From the NCBI RefSeq assembly GCF_009914755.1, contig NC_060936.1: a DNA stretch of 64,000 bases; one strand, 5' to 3'. The stretch's first letter is position 1; each line of letters opens with the position of its first letter. Made by a program: the position numbers and the translations under genes. The notes beneath the pieces are model-generated. The model made no database searches. It was not told the origin of the DNA and saw only the letters and a program-made list of their open reading frames with translations. Shown piece by piece: positions 1 through 15,327 of the stretch. The DNA is from the human T2T-CHM13v2.0 reference genome, Homo sapiens.

Positions 1-573
1 CTGTCTCATGAGCACAGGAGATGCAATCCCTAAGTAGGAACCATCACAGCAGTATATGGAATGGTCCCTGTGGAGATGAATTTCCAGCAAATTATTTAGC
101 ACTAGCTCTTTAAATCCTCTGAGGTCATGACAAGCCTCTGGCCAGTTTCACACAATGGCTGGTCACTTCTCTCAGGCTACAGTGATGCTCTTCACTTGCC
201 AAAGGATTGCTACCAACCTCTAATTGCCTGCTAATCTTTATCCTTCATTTCCTCCACTCAACGGATGCTATCAAACTTGCAGTTTCACATTCAGCTTGCT
301 GTCCTTTGTTGTGCCTTTGCAGAAGGTCTGGCACCATCACTTAGACACTTCTTGACACACTTTTATGTCAGAAAGAGAAGCTGCAAGGAAAAAACAACAT
401 GCATGACCACATGTGCTCAATTCAGCTCTCATTGGTCAGTAGTGGCTGCTACACAGTGTGGCTACGCTTGCTGGCAGAGGGATCTGCTGGGCTGGCTCTC
501 AGGGAATGAGAGGATATGATTGTTCCAAGTATGTATTGATAATAGAATACAATGTATCATTTAATAAGATAAA

Positions 574-683
574 TACAGTTGGTCTTAAACCTGCAGATAT
601 GGAGGGCCTTGAGCTTCTGCAGATTTTGGTATCTGCACAGGGTCCTGGAACTGGTCCCCTGCAGATACTAAGGGGAGAATGTA
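574..683 (-). mobile_element. MER2/Tigger-family MITE fragment
   Basis: cttgagc..gcagattttggtatc..gggtcctggaac..cccctgcagatactaagggg..tgta resembles the reverse complement of the MER2-type terminus. Confidence 0.6.
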
Positions 684-721
684 CTTCAAATTATAGTAAA
701 GCTATAAAAATTGTAGCTTAC

Positions 722-960
722 TGATTAAGCACATAGACTTTAGAATCAGACAGGCCTGGGTGCAAATTAAGATTTATGATTTACTAATGCTCTCATTGTG
801 AGCTTGTTACTTAACCTCTTATGCCACTGTGCAATGAAGACAGTAATTCCCACTTCCTAGGGATCTTGCAAGGATTAAATGAGACATAGCACGTAAAATG
901 CCTAGCACAGTACTTAATACCTAGTAAGCACTCTGTAATTATAGGTGATGATAATAATGA
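722..960 (+). mobile_element. MIR SINE
   Basis: ttaagcacatagactttagaatcagacaggcctggg...ttacttaacctc...aggattaaatgag...gcctagcacagt...tagtaagcactc matches the MIR layout. Confidence 0.8.
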
Positions 961-2149
961 TGATTACCTAAGATAATTTTCTCCCAAATATATTCTACCC
1001 AACAATGGTGTATTTGGAAATATTAATAGGTGTACTGTGAAATAAAGGTTTCAGAGGTCACAGAGAACATCAATATGTAGTGAAGAAACTAGTTGAATTT
1101 TATTTAACCCAGTTTTTCCCACATTGATTTGAAGACAGAACCTTTTTTTTTCTTGGAAGGCCTATTGACATCTGTGGGACAGCAGTGTCCTCCCAGACCC
1201 CTGTTTGGACAATGCTGGCTCATGAAAATAATTTTCAGTTGTTTGACTATTGAAAAATCCCTCACCAGAAAGCAAAATGAGAATTGAATATAAAGAAGCA
1301 TTACGTGTAAAAACCTGGCCTCCGTGGGTATGGGAGCAATGTTGCAGTTGGCTTGCAGCCTTTCTGGAGTCTCGGAACACAGGAGATCGTCATCTCAGCC
1401 ATCTGCTGTGAAGGGGCAGCATGTCGTGCAGTGGGACAGAGTCAGAATTGGCTGTTCCATCTGCCAGCATCACTTTGAAACAGAAGCCACAGAGGGCTTT
1501 TTCTCAGTGACAGCTCAGTCCCCTGAAGACAAGCCCTGAACTCTGGACTGTCCTCACTAAGACCACCCAAGGCCAAAACTGGACTTTTTCTTCAGCCAGA
1601 AGTGGCCACACATGTTTTTTGATTTTTGTTTGTTTGAATTTGTTTTGTAGGCAACCACATGAAGCACAGACCCAGGAGGCCTAAGCTGGCCTCGGTGTAG
1701 GAGAAGCCGGGCACAGGGATGTTTTTGAAGAAGAAAGTGACCACTTGTCAAAGAATTCAGGATTGATTCCTAACGCAGAGTGACTCATCAAGAGACCCAG
1801 GTTCTATTGGCCACCCCTCTTCAGCTGGTTATTCAGGCTAGGGAAACTGTTTTTGTTTTTTAAGGGAAAGTTTATAGAAAGTGAGAGAAGGTAGATACGA
1901 GATTCAAAAGACAAAGTAGAAAGAAATGTGTGTTCTTTAAGGTAAGAGCAGGTACTTTTTAAGCATAATATTGAATTAACATTTGGTGTAATATTGAATT
2001 TATATAGTGTCAATGTTGAATTGATGAAGGGAAATCTGCAAGTGAAAGAGACACCAAACTGCTTTTGTGATCGGATAGTTTGTATATCTTGCTACTGAGA
2101 ATATGTTTAATCCTATGCTTCATAAATAGCTACATGGCACAGAGAAAGA

Positions 2150-2710
2150 TGGAATACTTACCAATTCACTTACGAAGTGAGCAAAACTAAAACCATCATA
2201 TAACATTTTAACAAAAATCATCAAACAAACTCTCCACCAAAACGAATAAAAACAAAACTCTTCAGATGCAACTGACACTGACTTGGGAAGACAAATTTAA
2301 AATGAGTGGAAATACTATGAAATTAAATTCTTAATACCTTACATTAAATTAAATAATTAAATTGAAATCTTAAAGACTATAATCAGACCATGTAAGGTTT
2401 ACCATAGAAATGTAAGGAATGGTTTATTAATGGGAAATCTATAAAGAAAAAATTATATAATCATCTTAGCAGATGATACCCACTTGTGATTTAAAATATT
2501 GTAAAGTAGGAAAAGAGAGTAGTTCCTTAACAGTACTTATACAAATAGTCACTGGAGACATACTGTAGTAGAGTGTTCCCATTAGAACTGGAAATACGAT
2601 AACAATATATTACCTTCAGTATTTACAATTATTTAATAGTATTGTCTTCACTTTTAAATATTTTCCTGGAAGTTGTAGCCATTGAAATAAGATAGGAAAC
2701 AAACAAAAGA
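2150..2710 (+). mobile_element. Ancient L1M ORF2 fragment
   Basis: A-rich; degenerate ORF2 motifs (gaccatgtaaggttt..aatgtaaggaatggttt; ttcccattagaactggaa; ctggaagttgtagcca). Confidence 0.6.
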
Positions 2711-2713
2711 CAG

Positions 2714-3064
2714 TGTGATAATTAATTTTAGGTGTCAACTTGGCTGGGCTATGGAGCTGAGATGTTTGGTCAAACACCAGTGTAGATGTTGCTCTGAAAA
2801 TATTTTTTAGATATTAATTTAAATTAGTAGACTTTGAGGAAAACAGATTATCCCTCATAATGTGGGTGGGTTTCAGCCAATCAGGCTTTAAGAGAAAAGA
2901 CCTAGTTCCCTTGAGGGAGAAGAAATTCTGCCTCCACACTGCCTTTGGACTTGAGACTGCAACATCAGCTCCTTCCTGGGTCTCTAGCCTGCTGGCCTGT
3001 CCTGCATATGTTGAATTTTCCAGCTCCAGAATTATGTGAGCCAATTTCTTAAAATACAGTCTCT

Positions 3065-3128
<64 letters not shown>

Positions 3129-3170
3129 CCCCTATTGGTTCTGTTTTTCTCTGGAGAACTCTAATACATA
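2714..3170 (+). mobile_element. MLT2-family (ERVL) solo LTR
   Basis: Starts tgtgataattaattttaggtgtcaacttggctgggcta; ends cctattggttctgttt..ctctggagaactctaataca. Confidence 0.85.
3067..3127. repeat. (CA)n microsatellite, ~30 units, inside the MLT2 LTR
   Basis: Uninterrupted AC run. Confidence 0.98.
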
Positions 3171-3177
3171 CAGCAAC

Positions 3178-3300
3178 AACAGCTAATACCTATTGAATGC
3201 TTTCTATGTGCCAGGCAATGTTTTGAGGGCTATACATGTATGTATTAACTCATTTAATCCTCACAATAACCCTAAAAAGTAGTGCTGTTTTTGTCCTTAT
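3178..3300 (-). mobile_element. MIR fragment
   Basis: tattgaatgctttctatgtgccaggca...aactcatttaatcctcacaataaccct. Confidence 0.75.
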
Positions 3301-3583
3301 TAAAAACTAATTAGAATGAAATATTCTGAGGATTCGTAAGAATATCTGGGCAAATTAAAGGAGAAGAACCAAAAGCCTCCAGTTTCTACCCCATACCCTT
3401 TTACTTTTAGGCAGCAACTCCAACTGTCTCATTCTGGCTAAGGTTTACCAGTACTCTGGGACCTTGCATTGGTGATGAAATTAATCCTGCTATCCTGGTG
3501 GTAGTCAGTTGAGTTGGACACAGGCTGGGAAGCAATCATATTCAGGAACTTCTGTAGAGATTGAACTTGTACTCTGATGATGC

Positions 3584-4033
3584 TGTATTAGTTTCCTATT
3601 GCGTTTGTAACAAATTACAGTACCACAAACTTAGAGGCTTACCATTCTGGAGGTCAGACGTCCTAAAACCGAGGTGTCAGCAGGGCTGAGTTTTAGGGAA
3701 GAGTGTTTCCTTCCAGCTTCCAAAGGCTACCTATACTCCTCGGCCCATAGCCCTTTCTCCACCTTGAAAGTGAGTAGTAGGCCATCTTCAAATTTCTCTG
3801 ACCTCGGCTTTCATTGTCCATGACCTCTCTGATTCTGACCCTCTTCCTTCCCTGTTATAAGAGCCATTATGATGACTTTGAACTCACCTGGATATTCCAC
3901 AATTATCTCTCTTCTCAAGATCTATAACTTAATCACATCTGCAAACTTCCTTTTGCCAGGGAAGGTAATGTATTCACAGGTTTCAGGGATTAGCCTCTGG
4001 ACATCTTTGGAGGGATCATTATTCTGTCTATCA
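3584..4033 (-). mobile_element. MLT1 (MLT1D-like) solo LTR
   Basis: tgtattagtttcctattgc..gtaacaaattac..cacaaactt; acttaatcacatctgcaaa; ggacatctttggagggatcattattctg. Confidence 0.8.
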
Positions 4034-4409
4034 TACATACCACGCATAGGTGAAAGACCCCAGCATCTCTTTCCTATGGAGAAGTATGCATGTAATGGAT
4101 CAAAAAAATAAAAATGAAAAATAAAAAATAAAAAAAGCTGGCTTCTCAAACTCATATTATTATCCTGAAAAATATGTCAACTTTCAGTGTTTTCCTGTTC
4201 CTGGTTTTCTGGGGGCAAACCTGCAGCACAACCCAGTTTTAGAAAACTGTACCACTGGAAAGGAGAATTTTCTTACAACCCTGCCTTCTACCCTTTCCAT
4301 ATATGCATAATGTAGCAAAACTAGGAAGAAACATAGATCCATATTATTCTCATCTGGTTGCAGGGAAGTCTATGTCTAATACAGAAACAAAAGACAAATT
4401 CACAGTGGA

Positions 4410-5450
4410 CAAGATCAATAGCTATGGCCTACCTAAAAGTTCAAAACTCTGTAGAACTTTAAAAAACAGAAACAAAATTAAAAGACAAACAACAAAGTAG
4501 AAAACTACTTACAAAATATATAACAAATGGTTAATATATTTAATCCATAGGAAAGTTATAAATTAATAGGAGGAAAACACTCCCAAGGCAGCATGGGCAA
4601 AAGAAACAGATACTTCACAAAGGAAAATACCAAGTGGCTTATATATACAGGAAAATACTTAACCTCATAAGCAGAAAGGGAATGTAAACAAAAATAACCT
4701 GACAAATGTAAAAACACATAATGACCAATGCTGGTGAAGATGTGGTGAAGCTTTTCAGGCTCCTTCCTGATTGCTGATAAGAGCATGAATGGGTACAACA
4801 TTTCTGGGGTCCCATTTGACGATATGTATTAAAAGCTTACACACCCTATGACCCAGAAATTTCACTTACAGACATTTATTTGAAGGAAATAATCAGAAGA
4901 CTATGCAAAAATCGGGCTGCAAGGATTTTTCACATAGTCTGCATATTTAAAACATACATGTGTATATAAGAACAAAAGAAAGAATCTAAATGTCTGAAGG
5001 AAAGATTGGTTAACTTTATTATAATCAGCTGTAAAATAGAATTATACAGTCCTTCAAAATGAGAATTTTATCCATTCAATCTTATTTATTACCTGATTTT
5101 ATATTTACTGCTTTCTTTCACTAAAAACAAGGGCAGGAACTCGTTCTTTAACTGCTGTGCTCTGGAGGACTGAATGTATGGCATGATACAAACCATATTT
5201 TTCAAATAACATAACAACATGTGAATCATCTACAATTTAAAAAGAAACAATATCAAGATAGAAAAATTGTGGAGAGTAAGATGCAAAAGTAAAAGGGATT
5301 AGAAGGAAACACATCAAAATATTTATACAGATTATCTCTGGACGTTGAGATTGAAGATGATTTAATATTTTTTCATGGTATGTTTTACAGTTCCCAAATT
5401 CACCATAATGACCATTAATTTCACAGTTTGAAAATATTTAATGAATAAAT
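4410..5450 (+). mobile_element. Ancient L1M (L1ME-like) 3' region
   Basis: aaaattaaaagacaaacaacaaa; aatgctggtgaagatgtgg; ccctatgacccagaaatttcact. Confidence 0.7.
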
Positions 5451-5517
5451 ACAATTTTAAAAGAAGAGTAATAGTGCCTTCTGTCAAAATCACAACTTTT
5501 TCTCCTGCACTTTTAGT

Positions 5518-5660
5518 AGGGGCTACTCAAAGTGAGATCTATGGACCAATGGAACCTTGGAACTTGGGTGAAATACAGAATCACAACCCACTATTAAGTC
5601 AGAATTTGAATTTTATCAAGATGCCTAGATAATTCATTTATACATTAACATTTGAGAATG
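5518..5660. mobile_element. MER5A-like hAT MITE
   Basis: ctactcaaagtg..gaaatacagaatc..tcagaatttgaattttatcaagatgcc..cattaacatttgagaa. Confidence 0.65.
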
Positions 5661-8462
5661 TTTTAGGTTATTTGCAACTGATCATGTCATAACTGTATTG
5701 AGTTTGCTAATTACTATCAAGATGTAGTATTCAGCATTCTGTACAAATGAGTTAATATAATTTTAAATATCTTTGTGGCATTGAAATAACTTCCACACAA
5801 TTTCAGTAAACTGCCTCATCATTTGGATGCAAATAATTCAGAAACACTAGGGTGAAACCTGCCCTGATATTTGCCTGTGCCCTAGCCCTTGCTGCTGGCT
5901 GTTTTAACCTCTGATTCAGTGGCTGTGAAGACACCCTGCCCTGTTTCCCTCACCCCACTGCCTCCATTAACTCATCCTTGCATTAACTACCAATGTTGCT
6001 TTTGCTCACCTGCTCATCACGTGGATCTGCTCATCCACGTGGATCCACGTGGATCCTGTTCCATATAGTCAAATACACTGTCACTTCTGAGATTACTCAG
6101 AGATTTTTAAAAGCCTATTGATCACTTGGTGTTAGGTAGACAACAGTTGCTTTTCAGAGCAAAAAAATTTTCAGAGATTTATTTATTTCAATTATTGAAC
6201 ATTTGCCAGATAATTGATTCATAGGACAGTCCATGACCTTGAAGACCTCTTAATAAAATGGCAAGGGTGAGAGGGATGGGAGGCAGGCAACGTGTAGAAA
6301 TATCACACAGTGAGCAGATGGGATATGTGCCTTTGACAAAACACAAGAAGGGAGCAATCATAGTGCCCAGGGAAAGCCAGGAAGGATTTGGGGAGAAGTG
6401 AAATTCTTCTGTCACCTTCTAACTCCTACTCAGATGAAGTTACTGCCATAGCAGATACATCTGTAGGCTGTACACATATCACTTTTGTCATCTTCCCTGG
6501 CAGACTGATAGTTCAATGATGGCACAGAGCACATCTCTCAGGCTCACAAAGGGAGTGCTTAATCTATCTATATTCGTTCAGTGAAGGGATCTGATCTGAA
6601 TCTTAGAGAGAGAGTTGGACTTGGCCTTGAGGATGGGTGGATGTTCCTTGGGGCAGAGGATGTAGCCTGCACCAAGGCAAGAGGAATAGAACACCACAGT
6701 GTGCTTTAATTGGCATCAGCACACCGTCTCCAAACTGCCTATCAGTGGATCAGGGAGATATTTCCATTTTGAAAAGGCCTGTCTGCCAAACTTGGGGGCT
6801 ACAGAGAATAAAACCTTTTGACCAGCTACCGGTGACAGATTTAAAGTTAAACCACCAGCCACAGGCACATATCAGAATATGGTTCCCCCTTTCAAAGGAA
6901 GGGCTGTGATTATGCAAGCCTGCCCAGGAATCCCCAGCCTGTGCTTTATTTATGGCTGGCCCCTTCAAAGCAGAGTGCAAACGTGCTCGGAATGAGCAGG
7001 CAGGCAGCACAGCTTTGCAGCCTGGGTACCTAGAGCTTCTAGAAAAGGAAGCAGAGTTGGAGGGCTGCCAAGCCAGTAAGCTGTCTGCAGCATGACCAGG
7101 AAGAGGAGAAGCTTGGCTTTTTTGTCTTCAGTGCCTCCTCATCATTTTCTCAATATCCTGTAGCATTTGAACAGGCTGCTGTTGGTTTTCGGCAGGGTGA
7201 TGTGCATGGTGACATTTGTATTAGTGGCTTCCTGATGACTGCCTTTTGTTTACCAAACCATAACAAAAGGTGGAGCTACTCCAGAAAATTGAAAGTCTAT
7301 GGGTACCAAGGGCAAAAACCCCATCAAATTTGGGATGCGTGTCCTTTGGCTGCTGGAAAGGGGCCTGTAACATAGCCCTTGGTCACCCACTTGCCCTGTG
7401 CTTGGGGCACTGTGCAGGTTTGGCTGGCAGAAGGGCTCTCCCTGTCAGTAAATACTGTGCTATAGGACACAGAAGCTGGAGGTGAGCAGGCCAAAGGGAT
7501 GCCTGGAGGATCCTGAAATGCTGGTTTTAGAAACCTGCTTCTTAGTGAAGGTAGCCACTCCCTGGGGCTGTATCACCCTGCCCTGCAGCTCTTGAGGCAT
7601 TGCCGGGCATGCACTCCATGTCACCCGAGAGAAGTTACACCTTCAGGTTCAGTAGAGGCCACTGCCCCAGAAGAAGGGTGTGGAAAGAATATTTGAGATG
7701 TGAGACTCTGAGCTGAACTCAGTATGACCTTGCATAGCCGTTTGCTTCAGTCCCAAACCAGCTTCCTTTAACCTCTAGTGAAAATGTTTCCCACATGTGT
7801 CAAGTAAGGCTTATCAGCAAAATCTGATGGGACTAAGATGTATAGGAACCAAGGTAGGGAGGAAGAACTTTCTCAATGACTCTTCACCCAGAGCAGAAAC
7901 TACCTTTTCTCATTTCTCTTTAGTACACTGGAGTGGTTTGACTGTTCAAATATTTTTGGAGCTTGGCTCCAAAAATGCAGTCCCTGACCACAGGGAGCTG
8001 AATACAAAGGCTCCCTCTTAGAGAACATGTTTTATGTCCTCCTGAATGCTTTCACATATCTATAGTCCCCATGAAAAGACACAGCCCATCTTGTGAGGTG
8101 CCTGAGGTCCATGCTAGTTTCCTTTGATGCATGCAGACATGAAGGAAGCTAACAAGGGTCTTCCGTGCAAGGGACCCAGGACTCTGGACTCTGGGGCCTA
8201 CTGCAGCACCATGGACACTTGTCTTCACCCCTTCATCACAGGCCTGCAATGGTACTGTCTCTGGTGGAGGAATAGACAGCCTAGTTTGGCAAATTTACTT
8301 TCTTCTACCTCTGAGACTTGTAACTCAGGCTTTTTGTGAGATCTTCAGTGCAATATCTTTCTTGGTTTAGTCTAAATATAGTTTTCAGTAGGCAGGAGAA
8401 TAATGCTTAGAAAGCATACAACTTGCTGATGTCAGGGGGAGAGAGATCTATTTCTATTATAT

Positions 8463-8797
8463 CAGGGCTCCCCAACCCCCGGGCCACAGACCTGTACTGG
8501 TCCATGGCCTGTTAGAAACCTGGCCATACAGCAGGAAGTGAGCAGCAGGTGAGCAAGCATTACTGCCTGAGTTTCCTGTCAGATCAGCAGCAGCATTAGA
8601 TTCTCATAGGCATGCAAACCCTGTTGTGAACTGTGCATGTGAGGGATCTAGGTTGCATGCTCCTTTTGAGAATCTAATAAGGCCTGATGATCTGAGGTGG
8701 AACAGTTTTACCCCAAAACCACCAACCTCCTTGATCTGTGGAAAAACTGTCTCCCATGAAACTGGTCCCTGGTGCCAAAAAAGATCGCGGGCCACTG
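8463..8797 (+). mobile_element. MER1B hAT-Charlie MITE, near full length
   Basis: cagggctccccaacccccgggccacagacc...ggtccctggtgccaaaaaagatcgcgggccactg; degenerate terminal inverted repeats. Confidence 0.9.
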
Positions 8798-9213
8798 TAT
8801 CATGCCATATAATTCAGCTTTTATATGACTCATATTTGTTTATTCAACTGTCATTGTCCTAATTCTCATCTGCATACTGCCTGAAGTAGTTAATCTTTGG
8901 GTCTACAATAGCTGCCTTCTTGGCAATTCTGCCAACATATTCCTCGAATAATCCTATATTCACCAGCCTCCAGTGGAAGACATCAAGGCTCTGAACAGAG
9001 CTCCAGAAAAAGGAAATGTCTGCGTTCTAGGAAGGGCATACTTCAAGAGGGGCTACTTTTCCTAATTTGCACAAAAGCCCCCAGAGGGCTAATGATGTCT
9101 CTGGGAGAAACAGAACTCTGGCAGGTTATTTAGATACATTATCCCTTTTTTTCTGAGCATGGAGTTTTGGGAAGGCCATTCTCTCCCCAAGCCTTTGCCA
9201 CTTTTAACTATTA

Positions 9214-9448
<235 letters not shown>

Positions 9449-9559
9449 ATATATATATGTACATATATGTACTTATATTAGTACTTGTATATGTACTAGT
9501 ATATATATAAAATAAGCATTCCAAACAGTTTTGAAAAAATTCAGTAATTCTACTTATTC

Positions 9560-9850
9560 TTGTGTATTCTGTAGTTCCTGTTCATATATAATTTATAAAT
9601 CATATCAGAATGTGCTCTCAATTTTCTATGCTACCTTTTTTGCTGAAACTTATGCCATAAACACTTCACATTTCTAGTGGTTTCTGTTTTTCATAAGAAT
9701 TGTGATAGTGCATAACTTCCTCTGAGGAAATGGATGACAACTCGTTTAATTATTCCTGTATTCCTGGACTTTTGATGTTGCTTGTGGTGTTTTGCCTTCA
9801 TAGATAGCACATCCGTGAGCATCTCTGTGTCCACAGCTGCCCTTCTTTTG
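9560..9850 (-). mobile_element. Ancient L1M fragment (continues at ~19499-19610)
   Basis: Degenerate antisense L1 3' motifs; the continuation taaattcccaggagtggga..gattgtaagatttacatcc follows the Tigger remainder. Confidence 0.5.
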
Positions 9851-9852
9851 TA

Positions 9853-10206
9853 CAGCTGGCCCTTGAACAACACGGATTTGAACTGCACAGGTTCACTTAT
9901 TTGTGAATTTTCTTCAGTTTCCGGCACCCTAGACAGCAAAACCTCCTGCTCTTCTTCCTCCTCAGCCTACTTAATCTGAAGAAGACAGGGATGAAAAGCT
10001 TTATGATGATCCACTTCTACTTAAGGAATAGTAAATATATTTTCTCAACAGCATTTACTTGCTAGCTTACTGTATTGTAAGGATACAGTATATACTACTC
10101 ATAGCATAAAAATATGTACTAATTAACTGTTTATATTATTGGTAAGACTTCCAATCAACAGTGTGCTATTAGTAGTTAAGTTTTTGAGGAGTCAAGAGTT
10201 ATACGT
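9853..10206 (+). mobile_element. Tigger2a/MER28-like element, left part
   Basis: TA + cagctggcccttgaacaacacggatttgaactgc; ends tagtagttaagtttttgaggagtcaagagttatacg at the L1 insertion. Confidence 0.85.
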
Positions 10207-11053
10207 TGGAGAGCTGGTGAAGATGGTGGACTAGAAGCAGCTACTGTGCCCTGCTCTCATGGAGAGAAATAGAAGGGGCAAATCAATACAACACCTTCAT
10301 GAAACACTCCTGTACCTGCATTGGGATTCATCAAGAAAACAACTTGACCCATGGAGAATGGAGAAGAGTAAGGCAGGACAATCGCCCACCCAGGAGTGAT
10401 GTGGAGCCAGGGGAATCTCCCCTGCCCAGGGAAGCAGTGATTGAGTGAGCGACTCCAGGGACCCAGGCTTCTCCCATGGATCTTTTCAATCCTCAGGTCA
10501 CTCCACCAGGGCCTTCAGTCTGATACAGAGAGCTATGTAGAGTCTTGTCAGAGAAACTACTCAGGCACACTCAAACTTCCAGGGGCTTTAGATACCCACA
10601 CTTCCCAGCAAAAGCAGCTGCAACTCTGGCAAAGTGGGAGGTTAGACCTCTACATATATCCCTAGGAAAGGGGCTGAATCCAGGGTGCTGAGCAGTGATG
10701 GTGTACAGGCCCTGCTTCCACAGATCCTGCTTCCACAGCACCTCACATGATAAGACCCACTGGCTTGGAACTCCAGCCAGCCGCAAGTAGCAATGTTACT
10801 CCTCCCCGAAAGGGAACATCCAGAGGGAGGGGTGGCCCACCATCCTTGCTGTTTCACAGTTTTAACCATTGATACCTTTGGGCTCCAGAGAATCCGAGGT
10901 GATTAGGGACTGGAGCAGACAACCAGCACAGTGCAGCAGCTCTATCAAGAGGCTGCCAGACTGCTCTTTCACACAGGTACCAGATCTTGTTTCTCTTCAC
11001 TGGGAAAAATCTCCCAACCAAGGTTTACAACCACCCTGCCAGTGTTTCCCAGC

Positions 11054-13442
<2,389 letters not shown>

Positions 13443-14368
13443 CCAGCTAACAGCAGTTCCAAACCTCCCTGGGATGGAGCTCCCAGAGGGAGGGGTCGAC
13501 TGCCATCTTTGCTGTTTTGAAGGCTTAGCCATTGTTGCCTTTGGGCTTTGGAGAGTCTGAGGTAACTGGGGGTTGGAGCAGACCCCCGGCATAGCACAGC
13601 TGCTCTACAGTGTACAGATTGCTTTTTAATGCAGGCCCCTGATCCTACTTCTCCTCACTGGGTGGGACCTTCTAACTGGGGTCCCCAGCCACTCCCACCA
13701 GTGTGTTTGGCATGGCAATGGGGCTGTACCTTCCTGGGATGGAGGAGCAGGCTGCCATCTTGCTGTTTTGTAGTCTTCACCACTGATACCTTCAGGTATG
13801 GGAAAATTTGAGGTGACTAGGAACTGGAGTGAACCCCCAGCATACTGCAGCAGTCCTATGGAACAGTGGCCAGACTGTTTGTTATGTCAGTCCCTGGTCC
13901 CATATCTCATCACTGGGCAGGTCCTTCTGGCCTGGGTCTCCAGCAACCCCCCTGCTGCAACAATTGAGCCTATAGTAGCTCTGTGACTCCCTGGGACAGA
14001 GCTCCCAGTGGGAGGGGCAGGTTGCTGTCTTTGTAGTCTCCAGGCTCCAGAGAATCCATGGGACCAAGGGCTGGTCCAGACCCCTAGCACAGAGCACCCA
14101 CCTCACAGAAAAGTGGCCAGACTTTTCTCTATGCAGGTCCCAGTCCTCAATTCTCCTCACTGGGCAGGGTCACCTGACGTGGAACTCCAGCTCAACCATC
14201 CTGCCCATCTTACCACTTCAATCAGAAGCAGCCCAGCAGTTAAAAGTACACTCACAGGTAGAGATGAGGAAGAACCAATACAAGAATGGCAACTCAAATG
14301 GCTGGAGAGTCTTATGTCCTTGAAACAGCCAGTCTGGTCCTTCAACACGGGTTCTTAACCAGGCTGGA

Positions 14369-15240
14369 TTGGCTGAAATGACAGAAATAGAATTTGGAAT
14401 ATGGATAGGAATGAAGATCACTGAGATTCAGGAGAATGGCAAAACCCATTCCAAGGAAATAAAGAATCACAACAAAATGATACAGATGTTGACAGATGAA
14501 GTGGCCAGTATAAAAAATATCCTAACTGATCTAATAGAGCTGAAAAAACACATAAGATTTCATAATGCAAATGCAAGTATTAACGGCAGAATAGAACAAG
14601 CTAAGGAAAGAATCTCAGATCTTGAAGACTGGTTCTCAAATAAGACAGACAAAAATTAAAAAGAATGAAAAGAAACAAAACCTTTGAGAAATGTGGGATT
14701 GTAAAGAGGCCAAATTTACGAATCATTGGCATCACTTGAGAGGAAAGGGGAGAAAGCAAACAAGTTGGAAAAGATATTTTGGGGTATGGTCCATGAAAAG
14801 TTCCACAACCTTGCTAGAAATGTCAACACTCAAATTCAGGAAATACTGAGAACCACTGCAAGATTCTACATAAGAAGATTATCACCAAGACACTTAATCA
14901 TCCAATTTTCCAAGGCTGAAATAAAAGAAAGTATGTTAAAGGCAGCTAGAGAGAAAGGGCAGGTTACCTACAAAGGGAATCCCATTAGACTAACAGCAGA
15001 TGTCTCAGCAGAAATTCTCCAAGCCAGAAGAGATTGGGGGCCAATATTCAACATTCTTAAAGAAAAAATATCTTCAACCAATAATTTCATATCTAGCCAA
15101 ACTAAGCTTCCTAAGTGAAGGAGAAATAAGATTATTTCAGATAAGAAAATGCTGAGGGAATTCATTACCACCAGACTTGCCTTATAAGAGATCTTGAAAG
15201 GAGCACTAAATATGGAAAGAAAAGACTGTTACGAGCCAAT
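14369..15240 (+). pseudogene. L1 ORF1p remnant (frameshifted, stops)
   Basis: ORF pieces with SINGRIEQAKERISDLED and MLKAAREKGQVTYKGNPIRLTADVSAEILQARRDWGPIFNILKEK. Confidence 0.93.
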
Positions 15241-15327
15241 ACAAACACCACACTGAAGTACACAGACCAGTGACAATATAAAGCAACCACACAAACAAGC
15301 CAGCATAATACCCAGCTAAAAATGCAA

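Noticed and set aside
1781-1787. Isolated AP-1 motif TGACTCA
   Set aside because: Single 7-mers are expected several times by chance in 64 kb.
2814-3122. 102-aa ORF beginning MCVCVCV
   Set aside because: It is the translation of the (TG)n microsatellite plus the MLT2 LTR.
13450-14200. Repeated ~200-250-bp units, also at 10780-11050
   Set aside because: These are the ordinary repeated monomers of older L1PA 5'UTRs, not a CRISPR-like array.
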